40,082 nt of DNA, from positions 1 through 40,082 of the forward strand of contig CALRIA010000004.1 of assembly GCA_943359595.1 (NCBI GenBank). Reading direction: 5' to 3'. Origin of the DNA: Candidatus Magasanikiibacteriota bacterium. GTDB lineage: Bacteria > Patescibacteriota > Patescibacteriia > Magasanikbacterales > GWA2-37-8. Shown one piece after another: positions 1-8,128 of the stretch; within the stretch, counting starts at the first letter, position 1, and each line of letters starts with the position of its first letter. The position numbers were made by a program, and so were the translations under genes. The notes under the pieces were generated by a model. It worked only from the letters and a program-made list of their open reading frames with translations. It searched no databases and was not told the DNA's origin.

Positions 1-2
1 TT

Positions 3-155
3 GTGGAACATATGGCTTCCTTTAAAAATTTGGATGCTGTTCATACTGCGCCGACTGGCACTAGCAGTGGTCCTCAAACTTTAAAACCAAAATCAGCTTT
101 TAATAATTCTTCATCTGGTGGTGGATATAAAGCGCCAGAACAACCCGAATATTAA
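3..155 (+). CDS. 3' end of a gene entering from the left edge, probably replicative helicase DnaB
   Basis: Frame 3 is open from the edge to TAA at 153-155: VEHMASFKNLDAVHTAPTG...PEQPEY. (F)VEHMASFKNLD resembles the DnaB terminal F-x5-F-x-N-L-[DE] motif, followed by a low-complexity tail. Only 50 codons are visible. Confidence 0.5.
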   Translation: MEHMASFKNLDAVHTAPTGTSSGPQTLKPKSAFNNSSSGGGYKAPEQPEY

Positions 156-188
156 TCATTTTATTTATTAAATTTTACAAACATACAT

Positions 189-494
189 ATGTCCATGTTT
201 TCAAAATTAAAACAATTTAAAGATTTACGTGACCAAGGCAAAAAATTACAAGATTTAATCGGCGGCGAAACAGTCACCGTAGACAAAGCCAGTGGTAAAG
301 TTGTTGTAACAATGAACGGTAACTTAGAAATGACTGGCCTAGCAATCGATGACAGTATGCTCTTTCCAGATAAAAAATCTGATCTGGAAAAAGCAATAAA
401 AGAAGCTCATAGTGAAGCTCTCAAAAAAATGCAACGTACTATTGCTATGAAAATGCAACAATCTGGTGAATTTAATATTCCTGGTTTAAATTAA
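189..494 (+). CDS. ybaB: YbaB/EbfC family nucleoid-associated protein
   Basis: 101 aa with the G.V.V.MNGN.E...L.ID pattern and C-terminal helix; directly upstream of recR, the classic linkage. Confidence 0.88.
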   Translation: MSMFSKLKQFKDLRDQGKKLQDLIGGETVTVDKASGKVVVTMNGNLEMTGLAIDDSMLFPDKKSDLEKAIKEAHSEALKKMQRTIAMKMQQSGEFNIPGLN

Positions 495-495
495 C

Positions 496-1098
496 ATGTA
501 TTCACCCACTATCAACAAATTGATTGGGATTTTAAAAAAACTACCATCGGTTGGACAACATACCGCTGAACGGTATGTTTTTCATTGGCTAAAATCTGGT
601 AAGGTAGAAGTTAATGAACTTAGGAACGCTTTAGATAACTTATTAAAAAATATCAAGAGTTGTGAAATTTGTTGGAACTTTTCTGATTTTACTCCCTGTG
701 AAATTTGCGCCAAGAAAGATCGCAATCAAACTCAAATTTGTGTGGTCGACGAAGCTCAGGCTGTCGCCGCTTTGGAAAAAACTGGAGCGTACACTGGTGT
801 TTATCACATTTTGCGTGGAACTATTGATGTCGGTAATGAAACTGGATTGGCGGAATTAAAAATTCATGAGCTGTTAGAGCGTATTAAAATAAATGAACAG
901 TTACAAGAGATAGTTTTAGCACTGAATCCTGATATGCCTGGAGAAACTACTATGTTATATTTGGAAAAACAGATAAAACAGATAAAACCACAAATTAAAA
1001 TATCTAGGCTAGCTCGAGGTTTGCCGATGGGATCTGATTTACAATATAGTGATGAAATTACTTTGGGTAGCGCGTTAAAAAACCGTTTCTCAAATTAA
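496..1098 (+). CDS. recR: Recombination mediator RecR
   Basis: HhH LPSVGQHTAER, C4 zinc finger CEIC...CEIC, TOPRIM region, C-terminal SRLARGLPMGSDLQYSDEITL. Confidence 0.97.
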   Translation: MYSPTINKLIGILKKLPSVGQHTAERYVFHWLKSGKVEVNELRNALDNLLKNIKSCEICWNFSDFTPCEICAKKDRNQTQICVVDEAQAVAALEKTGAYTGVYHILRGTIDVGNETGLAELKIHELLERIKINEQLQEIVLALNPDMPGETTMLYLEKQIKQIKPQIKISRLARGLPMGSDLQYSDEITLGSALKNRFSN

Positions 1099-1127
1099 AA
1101 AACCCTCGAAAATTTCGAGGGTTTTTT
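1097..1127. terminator. Bidirectional intrinsic terminator between convergent recR and rplU
   Basis: AAAAAACCCTCGAAA-A-TTTCGAGGGTTTTTT is a perfect inverted repeat with A and T tracts. Confidence 0.9.
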
Positions 1128-1144
1128 AATTTTTGTTTTTTAGA

Positions 1145-1465
1145 TTAAACAATTTCCACTTCAGTGAATCTCTGTCTCTGACCGTGAACTTTATGAAAAC
1201 GTACTTTACTCTTGAATTTCTCAACGCGTAAAGTGCGATGTTTGCCTTGTTTTAAAACTTTGGCATTGACTACTTCACCAGCGATATAAGGTTTACCGAT
1301 TTCTACCAAATTTCCTTCTTCATCAGCTTTCAAAAGTACTTTGTCAAATTTAAAGTTTGTATCCGCCAAAACATCGATACCATCAACTTTTAATTTTTCG
1401 AATTTAAATTTTTCACCAGATTTAACAATATATTGTTTACCACCAGTTGCAATAATAGAGATCAT
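1145..1465 (-). CDS. rplU: 50S ribosomal protein bL21
   Basis: IIATGGKQYIVK N-terminus; KFKSKVRFHKVHGQRQRFTEVEI C-terminus. Confidence 0.97.
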   Translation of the reverse strand: MISIIATGGKQYIVKSGEKFKFEKLKVDGIDVLADTNFKFDKVLLKADEEGNLVEIGKPYIAGEVVNAKVLKQGKHRTLRVEKFKSKVRFHKVHGQRQRFTEVEIV

Positions 1466-1480
1466 AATTTAAGTTTAAAT

Positions 1481-1519
1481 ACCCATTTTCTAGTCCATCG
1501 AAGTTGTCCTAGTTGGGCT
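1481..1519 (-). ncRNA. Candidate structured 5' leader of rplU
   Basis: The minus strand folds as AGCCCA-A-CUAG-GA-CA-(ACUUCGA)-UG-GA-CUAG-AAAA-UGGGU, and lies between the predicted promoter and the ATG. Confidence 0.55.
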
Positions 1520-1542
1520 TACTTTAGATATAAAACGTGTTA

Positions 1543-1570
1543 ATTATAACAAAAATAAACAAAATGTCAA
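1543..1570 (-). promoter_or_regulatory. Sigma70-type promoter of rplU
   Basis: Minus strand TTGACA (1570-1565), 16 nt spacer ending TGT, TATAAT (1548-1543): perfect hexamers plus extended -10 TG. Confidence 0.85.
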
Positions 1571-1595
1571 GGGATACGACTAATTTATGCTTAAT

Positions 1596-2072
1596 CTACC
1601 GTAAAAACTCAAATTTATCCCCGATTTTAAAATTAAATTTTTGTGCAAATCCAGCTGGAATTTCCAACACTCGATCAGAGACATCTCTGGCTGGATATAA
1701 TGTCAATTCTTCCTCAATAACATCACGTTCGAGTGGCAAATTTGGCGCTATATCTATTATCATTCCTTTATTAAACCAAATAATATCCAAAGGGAATTTC
1801 ATATCTCTCATCACAAATACATGTTGTTTAGCTTCTGGAAAAACAAACAACATTCCATCATATTTACCCAAATCATCACGTCCACCCAATCCTTTTTGCC
1901 AATGTTTGATATTGTTAGCCACTAGTACGGTCAAAACTTGATTGTTGATTTTAAGAATAGCCTTTGGCCAATAAAAAGCATAATACAATTTTAAACCAAC
2001 AGTAAACACTACAATCAATCCTAAAATAAAGAATTGCCATTTTTTTATTTCAGATTTTTTATTTATTGACAT
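1596..2072 (-). CDS. DUF192 family protein with N-terminal membrane anchor
   Basis: GLGGR..L...DGMLFVF......FVMRDMKFPLDIIW and VLEIPAG motifs. ATG at 2072 is preferred over 2093 because it gives a shorter overlap. Confidence 0.85.
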   Translation of the reverse strand: MSINKKSEIKKWQFFILGLIVVFTVGLKLYYAFYWPKAILKINNQVLTVLVANNIKHWQKGLGGRDDLGKYDGMLFVFPEAKQHVFVMRDMKFPLDIIWFNKGMIIDIAPNLPLERDVIEEELTLYPARDVSDRVLEIPAGFAQKFNFKIGDKFEFLR

Positions 2073-3129
2073 ATTTTTGACGTTTAAAGACATACATTTC
2101 CATCACGACAATAGCTATTACCAATAATAACAAAGAAACAATTTTAAAAATACTACTCATATATAAAGCTGAAAAACCAAACAGAGCTGAGAAACCATAA
2201 AAAATTAATACAGCTTGCCATTGTTTAAAACCAATATCTACCAATCTAAAATGCAAATGTCGGCGATCACCTTTGGCTATGGATTGACCACTAAAAAGTC
2301 TAGAAGTAATAACCCAAATCAAATCAACTATTGGGACCGCCATAACAAGCAACGCCGTCGCAATTTTACTGCCCGCCACAATAGCTAGCACACCCAACAT
2401 CAAGCCAAGGAACTGCCCACCCCCCTCACCTAAAAATATTTTGGCCGGATAAAAATTTAATACTAAGAACCCAAAACAAGTCGCCGCCAAAACTATCGCA
2501 ACCACTGCCACATCCGGTTGATGAAATTTTGTTGCCCCACCAGCCAAAGCTGCGATAGAAAGTGCACCGATTGCTGACACTCCAGTCGATAAACCGTCTA
2601 AGCCATCTAAAATTTTAACGGTATACATCATACCTAGTAACCAGAAAAATGCCAAAATATCCACCCCTACTAAAACTGTGCCAAAATTTTGGGTATGAAT
2701 TTTCCAAAAATCTAACCCAATAGTACCACCAAACGGATTGGTAATACCATCAAAATTTAAACCACCGGCCAATACTAACAATACTGCTACTATCGAACCC
2801 AACAATCTCCACTGATATTTTAAACGCACAATGTCATCTAAATATCCGACAATCATTAAAATTAACCCAGCGAAAAATATCAACCAAAATTGATTGATGA
2901 TAAAATGTTTAAAAACAACACCACCACAATATAAAAATAAAATAACAATCCAAAAACTTAAAAAAATCCCCAAACCACCAAGTAGTGGAACGGGATTTTT
3001 ATGAAGTTTGCGATCTTTATCAGGATAATCAAAAATTTTTAATTTTGTGGCTATTTTTTTAATAAAAAAAGTTACAAAAATAGCTAAAAAAAACGGTAAA
3101 ATAAATATCAACGATAAAATAAACATCAT
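2059..3129 (-). CDS. Polyprenyl-phosphate HexNAc-1-phosphate transferase (WecA/TagO-like, MraY superfamily)
   Basis: About 10-11 hydrophobic segments; RKLHKNPVPLLGG, GYLDD, LDGLDGL, NFYPAKIFLG and DRRHLHFRL motifs. Confidence 0.88.
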   Translation of the reverse strand: MMFILSLIFILPFFLAIFVTFFIKKIATKLKIFDYPDKDRKLHKNPVPLLGGLGIFLSFWIVILFLYCGGVVFKHFIINQFWLIFFAGLILMIVGYLDDIVRLKYQWRLLGSIVAVLLVLAGGLNFDGITNPFGGTIGLDFWKIHTQNFGTVLVGVDILAFFWLLGMMYTVKILDGLDGLSTGVSAIGALSIAALAGGATKFHQPDVAVVAIVLAATCFGFLVLNFYPAKIFLGEGGGQFLGLMLGVLAIVAGSKIATALLVMAVPIVDLIWVITSRLFSGQSIAKGDRRHLHFRLVDIGFKQWQAVLIFYGFSALFGFSALYMSSIFKIVSLLLLVIAIVVMEMYVFKRQKYVNK

Positions 3130-5921
3130 ACAACTTTAATCTCTCCTCCTTGACCAATCATTACTGTATCACGACGTTTTAATTTACCAGATAATAATAA
3201 TTCTGCCAACTGATTTTCTACCTTTTCTTGTAAAGCACGACGCATTGGACGAGCACCAAATTCTGGATCAAACCCAACATCAGCCAAAAATTCCATCGCC
3301 GTTGGTTCTATCTTTAATTCAATTCCTTTGGCCTCCAAATCCTTGGCCACACGCTTAAGCATCAAACCAGCTATCTTAATAATATCCTCACGATTTAACG
3401 CTTTAAACAAAACAATGCCATCAAAACGATTTAAAAACTCCGGACGGAAGTATTGTTTGAGTTCACCATGCAATAATTTATCTTTAATAATATCGGAAGT
3501 CACTCCGGCACGCAATTGTTCTTGTACATAAGCAGTACCAGCATTGGCCGTCGCAATCAAAATTACATTGGTAAAATCCACCACTCGGCCAACACTGTCA
3601 GTTAAACGCCCATCATCCATTACCTGTAAAAATAAATTCAAAATATCTTTATCAGCTTTTTCCATCTCGTCTAACAATAATAAAGAAAACGGACTGCGAC
3701 GGATTGCCTCAGTCAACATACCACTACCTTTTTCACCTGGAGTACCAATCAAACGATAGATACTGCTTTTATCTTGGTATTCACTCATATCCAAACGTAC
3801 CATGCGTTCCTCACCACCAAAATATACCTCTGCAATAGTCTTGGCCAATTCGGTCTTACCCACACCAGTTGGACCCAAAAATAAAAAATTGGCAATCGGA
3901 CGTTTGGAAGATCTAATCTCCGCTCGCGCGCGTCGCAATGCATTGGCGACCAAACCAACTGCTTCAACTTGGCCGATTACTCGTTTATGCATTTCTTCTT
4001 CTAAATGCATCAACTTGGTACTTTCATCAGACGAAACAGTAGTGACTGGCACACCAGTTTTTTGTGCTACTACTACTGCCACTTCTTCACTAGTAACAAA
4101 ACTATTAGGGCCCTTTTTATTATGTGAAAAAGAAGCCGCTTCTGTCATTAATTCTTGCGCACTGCCAGGTAGATAAGACTCATGTAAAAATCTCGCCGCC
4201 AGCTGAACTGATTTGGCCACTGCGTCATAAGAAAAAAATACATTTTGTTTATATTCTATCGTACCAACTTTTGATTCCAAGACTTGAATGGCTTGATTTT
4301 CATCCATTTCTTTTATTTCCACTTTGGCGAATAAATTACCAAGTGGCGAACTAACGATATGACGAGAATATTCGTCGGGAGTAGTCGTGGCAAAAGTCAA
4401 AAATCGGCCACTACCCAAATATTCATTTAAAGTACCGGCAACATCAAGACTACCGGTCGCGCCACCGGCAGAAACGCCAGTTAATTCATGAATATTATTT
4501 ATAAATAAAATAACATTACCAGAACGACCAACATCTTGCATGATTCCAATTAAACGTTCAACCGCACCAGCTGGAGTAGTTCCGGCCAATAATTTTGGCA
4601 CGCTCAAACGCACTAAGCGTTTATCTTGTAAACGACTTGGGATATCGTCTTCTACCATTTTTTGAGCCAAACCTTGAATAATAGTAGTTTTACCAACACC
4701 AGTATCCCCGACTAAAATTACATTTTGTCCTCCACCTTCTACTATCCGGATCACTTCTTCTATTTCTTTTTCACGAGCAACACAACTTTCCAAATTACCA
4801 AACTGAGCTAAAATCGTCAGATCATCACTAAAATTATTTAAAAATGGAGTCTGCACTGCAGTCATAGCTTTATCCATGCCAGTTTTAGAACGACCAGCGG
4901 CAGCTTTGTGAAATTTTATATATTGACGATATAACCGCTCTCGAATTCTCGCCCATTCCACTACATTTAATAATTTTTGTTTATCAACTGCTAAATCAAA
5001 TAAAATTTCTTGTAATTTTTCTGATTGTTTTATAGTAGACAATAATAATTCTGTAACACTAACATATTCTTGGTGAGCACTATAGGCTTCTTCGTAAGCA
5101 TTAAATAAAATTTGTTGAAAATCAATCGAAATTAATGGCATAGTCATCTTATCTCGCTGACCACTTACCGCTGGAGAAGACCCTAAAACATCAGCCAAAG
5201 TTTTTTGTAATGAACCAGTCGAAATAGCCAAACGAGTAAAAATATTGGCAATGCGATCAGAAGAAAGTAAAGCGTAAAAAAGGTGTTCAGGAGTAACACT
5301 GCCGAAGCCACTTTTGTCCGCCACCAGATAAGCATCACCCAATACTGTCAACGCCTCATCCGTAAAAGTATCAGCAATATTTATTTTTTTCTTTGATTTT
5401 ATTTTTTTGGCTTGGCGCCAATCAACCACATCCATTTTTTCATCGAACCCTTCTTTGGTTTCGTATTGACTATAATGATAGCGCTCTACATTGTCTTTTT
5501 TAATTCTTTCAACTATTGCGCGATACCATAAATAAAATAAAATCGTAACACCAGCATAAAACAATGCTCCATCTATTCCTCTCAAATTCACAACCAACGA
5601 CCACCAAAAAGACCAATCAAGCAACATGGAAGGATTGGAAAAAATACCTTTATGTAAAAGAAAATATATCCCCCACCCCCAGGCATTTATCCACAAAAGT
5701 ATAAGGGAAACAAAACGAACTTTATTAAAAACACGTCGTGCTTTGGCCAAACTCAAATGATATCGAGTAAGTGGATAAAACCAAAATAACCAGTGTCCAC
5801 GAATAAAATGACCAACCGACATCCCGTGACATTCTTTGCATCTACTAAAACCAACAAAACCAGTAGCACGACAAATTGGACATGATAATAAAGAGATAGA
5901 TTGTGGTTTATCAAACAACAT
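3126..5921 (-). CDS. Atypical Clp/Hsp100 class I AAA+ ATPase with N-terminal Zn finger and transmembrane segments
   Basis: Two Clp-N repeats (TPEHLFYALL, VTELLLSTI); NBD1 Walker A GDTGVGKT; NBD2 GPTGVGKTE, LLLLDEMEKA, FRPEFLNRFD, GARPMRR. N-terminal CPIC...CKEC and two hydrophobic helices. Confidence 0.9.
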   Translation of the reverse strand: MLFDKPQSISLLSCPICRATGFVGFSRCKECHGMSVGHFIRGHWLFWFYPLTRYHLSLAKARRVFNKVRFVSLILLWINAWGWGIYFLLHKGIFSNPSMLLDWSFWWSLVVNLRGIDGALFYAGVTILFYLWYRAIVERIKKDNVERYHYSQYETKEGFDEKMDVVDWRQAKKIKSKKKINIADTFTDEALTVLGDAYLVADKSGFGSVTPEHLFYALLSSDRIANIFTRLAISTGSLQKTLADVLGSSPAVSGQRDKMTMPLISIDFQQILFNAYEEAYSAHQEYVSVTELLLSTIKQSEKLQEILFDLAVDKQKLLNVVEWARIRERLYRQYIKFHKAAAGRSKTGMDKAMTAVQTPFLNNFSDDLTILAQFGNLESCVAREKEIEEVIRIVEGGGQNVILVGDTGVGKTTIIQGLAQKMVEDDIPSRLQDKRLVRLSVPKLLAGTTPAGAVERLIGIMQDVGRSGNVILFINNIHELTGVSAGGATGSLDVAGTLNEYLGSGRFLTFATTTPDEYSRHIVSSPLGNLFAKVEIKEMDENQAIQVLESKVGTIEYKQNVFFSYDAVAKSVQLAARFLHESYLPGSAQELMTEAASFSHNKKGPNSFVTSEEVAVVVAQKTGVPVTTVSSDESTKLMHLEEEMHKRVIGQVEAVGLVANALRRARAEIRSSKRPIANFLFLGPTGVGKTELAKTIAEVYFGGEERMVRLDMSEYQDKSSIYRLIGTPGEKGSGMLTEAIRRSPFSLLLLDEMEKADKDILNLFLQVMDDGRLTDSVGRVVDFTNVILIATANAGTAYVQEQLRAGVTSDIIKDKLLHGELKQYFRPEFLNRFDGIVLFKALNREDIIKIAGLMLKRVAKDLEAKGIELKIEPTAMEFLADVGFDPEFGARPMRRALQEKVENQLAELLLSGKLKRRDTVMIGQGGEIKVV

Positions 5922-5922
5922 A

Positions 5923-6279
5923 CTATTTTATAAACAACATAATAAAACCATTTGCTACTACAACCGGTAATAAAAGCCAAATAATAAACAAAACCACACA
6001 CACCAACAACCAAAATATCAAAGCAACTGAACGCGCGCAAAACTGCACAAACCGCATCATAAAACTAATAATTCTTCCTTGCCAGTCATATTGCCCATAC
6101 ATCGGCACGAATAAATTTTTTAACCACAAACCAGGGGCTAAAGTTTGGTTACCTTCTAAGAAAAAACCAACACACCATTTGAAAGAATGCAAAACTCCGC
6201 CGGTATACCACCAAAGCGGAAAATAAAATATATCCACAATTGCATCAAACAAAATACGCTGAAAAATCAATAACCACAT
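5923..6279 (-). CDS. Small Trp/aromatic-rich membrane protein of unknown function, coupled to the Clp ATPase
   Basis: 118 aa, FPLWWYTGG and LFVPMYGQYDWQGR, long hydrophobic C-terminus; 1 nt gap to the ATPase ATG. Confidence 0.8.
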   Translation of the reverse strand: MWLLIFQRILFDAIVDIFYFPLWWYTGGVLHSFKWCVGFFLEGNQTLAPGLWLKNLFVPMYGQYDWQGRIISFMMRFVQFCARSVALIFWLLVCVVLFIIWLLLPVVVANGFIMLFIK

Positions 6280-6298
6280 AACTACTTTTTATGAGATT

Positions 6299-6307
6299 AT
6301 TATACCA
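6299..6307 (-). promoter_or_regulatory. Extended -10 promoter for the membrane protein/Clp/WecA-like/DUF192 operon
   Basis: Minus strand TGGTATAAT about 20 nt upstream of ATG 6279; no clear -35. Confidence 0.6.
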
Positions 6308-6321
6308 TAAAATTTCAAAAA

Positions 6322-6347
6322 TAAAAAATCCACCTACTGACGGATTT
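6322..6347 (-). terminator. Possible weak terminator after the ftsL-like gene
   Basis: Minus strand AAATCC-N10-GGATTT followed by TTTATTTTT; the stem is short. Confidence 0.35.
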
Positions 6348-6354
6348 CAAAAAT

Positions 6355-6717
6355 TTATTTGGCCATCGCCACTGCTCCACCAGCCGGATTATAACGTTGA
6401 AATTCCTCAACTGTTACCAAATTCATACCCTGCAGATGTTTTTCAATATTATTCATCGAACCGGCGTCAGCAATCTTTATCTCCAAACCTTGCAAATCAA
6501 CATTCATTTCGCTAATTTGGCTCTCCAGAGCATGCGCTTCATAACCACGAGTAGCTGCTGAATTGACTCTAACCATATAAGCTACAGACACTATAACAAC
6601 CACACTTAATAAGCTAGCACGCATTGCTCTGCCACTAAACCATTCTGGCATAGTGATGGTATACAAAGCATTTAAAAAATTATGATAATGAGCCTGAAAT
6701 TGACGTTTATAAGACAT
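6355..6717 (-). CDS. FtsL-like bitopic cell division protein
   Basis: Follows mraZ-rsmH; one TM helix, a coiled coil and SMNNIEK...GMNL, resembling the FtsL 'RIE..A..LGM' region. ATG 6717 is preferred to TTG 6738. Confidence 0.65.
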   Translation of the reverse strand: MSYKRQFQAHYHNFLNALYTITMPEWFSGRAMRASLLSVVVIVSVAYMVRVNSAATRGYEAHALESQISEMNVDLQGLEIKIADAGSMNNIEKHLQGMNLVTVEEFQRYNPAGGAVAMAK

Positions 6718-6724
6718 ATGTAAT

Positions 6725-7627
6725 TTAAATTTTTTCAATAATTCTTAATTTGGCACTACGACTACTAGGATTATTTTTGAGTTCTTCATCATTGGCGACG
6801 AGCGGTTTTTTGTTAATAGTTCTGATAGTTTTATTTTGATTTTTTACAAAAAATTGCTTTACTATTCTATCTTCTAGAGAGTGGAAAGAAATCACCGCCA
6901 AACGTCCGCCGCTTGATAATATTTCGATTGCTTGTGGTAAAACTTGTCGCACCACTTCTAATTCTTTATTTACAGCAATGCGTAAAGCTTGAAATACTTT
7001 GGTAGCTGGATGAATACCACCTACCCAAGGAATTTCTTTATCAGTTTTTAATTTGCGACGATAGACTCCCAAAATTATTTCTACTAGCGGTGCAGTACGA
7101 TCGATTTTATTTACCGCTCTAGCTCCAACAATTTCTTTGGCAATTTCTCGACTTAACTTTTCTTCTCCATAATAGCGCAATATTTTTTCTAATTCAGCTT
7201 CACTATAATCATTTATTATATCAGTTGCAGTTTCACCAGTTATGCCACCGTAGCGCATATCTAGCGGTTCGTCATTTTCAAAGCTAAATCCCCGACCGCG
7301 TTCTTTGAACTGTGGTGTGGACCAACCAAGATCCATTAAAACTGCATTAGCATTTTCAAAATTATTTGCAATAACTATTTCTTTTAAATTTACAAAATTA
7401 TCTCGAACAAAAATTACTTGATTCTCATAGCGATATAAATTTCTTTTTGCTCTCAGTAATGATTCCGGATCCGCATCAATGCCAAGTAATTTTCCTTTTG
7501 GGCCAATTTTATCCAAAATCGCTTCACTATGACCAGCGTCACCTAAAGTGCAATCAATTACTTTACTATTTTTACTTAAGTTCAACCCCTCAAGAACTTC
7601 ATTCAGTAGCACGGGTATGTGTCTCAT
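6725..7627 (-). CDS. rsmH: 16S rRNA m4C1402 methyltransferase RsmH
   Basis: HIPVLLNE, DCTLGDAGHS, DLGWSTPQ..RGFSF...PLDMR, HPATKVFQALRIAVN, ISFHSLEDRIVK, SRSAKLR. Confidence 0.97.
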   Translation of the reverse strand: MRHIPVLLNEVLEGLNLSKNSKVIDCTLGDAGHSEAILDKIGPKGKLLGIDADPESLLRAKRNLYRYENQVIFVRDNFVNLKEIVIANNFENANAVLMDLGWSTPQFKERGRGFSFENDEPLDMRYGGITGETATDIINDYSEAELEKILRYYGEEKLSREIAKEIVGARAVNKIDRTAPLVEIILGVYRRKLKTDKEIPWVGGIHPATKVFQALRIAVNKELEVVRQVLPQAIEILSSGGRLAVISFHSLEDRIVKQFFVKNQNKTIRTINKKPLVANDEELKNNPSSRSAKLRIIEKI

Positions 7628-7628
7628 A

Positions 7629-8060
7629 TTATATTCCTAATTCCGCCATCTTCTCGGCAATTTCATTACTGTTGGTTTCGGTCTGACTCTTGTATATCTT
7701 CCATTTTTCTTCATCCCAGATTTCTGCGCGATTGTACAAACCAGCTAAAATAACATTTTTCTTTAAGCCTGCAAATTCACGTAGATACTCTGGCAAAACG
7801 ACACGTCCTTGCTTGTCTATTTCCACTTCCATTGCTCCCGCCAACATCAGACGAGAAAAAGCACGACTGTTGGATTGGCTAATTGGTAGAGTGGCCAACT
7901 TTTCGGCCAACTTTTCCCATTCGGTTTTAGTGTAAAGAAATAAACAGTTGTCTAGACCGCGAGTGACGATTGCTCCCTTACTTAAATCACGACGAAATTT
8001 GGCCGGTATAGCCAACCGTCCTTTTTCATCTAAATTGTGAGTATACTCACCGATAAACAT
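7629..8060 (-). CDS. mraZ: Division/cell wall cluster transcriptional repressor MraZ
   Basis: MFIGEYTHNLDEKGRLAIPAKFR and DKQGRVVLP repeats; canonical start MFIGE at ATG 8060. Confidence 0.97.
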   Translation of the reverse strand: MFIGEYTHNLDEKGRLAIPAKFRRDLSKGAIVTRGLDNCLFLYTKTEWEKLAEKLATLPISQSNSRAFSRLMLAGAMEVEIDKQGRVVLPEYLREFAGLKKNVILAGLYNRAEIWDEEKWKIYKSQTETNSNEIAEKMAELGI

Positions 8061-8074
8061 ATCATGAAAATTCA

Positions 8075-8110
8075 CCATTTCTCTCCACTACATCCCATTT
8101 TACACCACTT
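8075..8110 (-). promoter_or_regulatory. MraZ operator: four direct repeats with 10 bp period
   Basis: Minus strand AAGTGG (8110-8105), AAATGG (8100-8095), TAGTGG (8090-8085), AAATGG (8080-8075). MraZ is known to bind (G)TGG-core repeats spaced 10 bp upstream of its own gene. Confidence 0.8.
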
Positions 8111-8128
8111 TAATACATCGGTCAACAC

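Noticed and set aside
1537-1941. Opposite-strand or nested shadow ORFs in the track (e.g. 662-859, 1537-1941, 3328-4354, 5903-6226, 7447-7935, 8722-9354, 16041-16394, 18088-18351, 29245-29514, 31122-31397, 37510-37869, 39329-39556)
   Set aside because: They overlap well-supported genes, show no recognisable motifs and mostly lack plausible starts.
5687-5695. Perfect DnaA box TTATCCACA
   Set aside because: It lies inside the Clp coding sequence (LWIN codons), is isolated, and is explained by coding.
5826-5840. CKECH in the Clp N-terminus as a heme motif
   Set aside because: It pairs with CPIC in a DnaJ-like four-Cys zinc-finger pattern.
3126-5921. Naming the ATPase clpB, clpC, clpA or clpG
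   Set aside because: No M-domain or UVR coiled coil, no ClpP-docking loop, degenerate NBD1 and TM helices; none of those names is supported.
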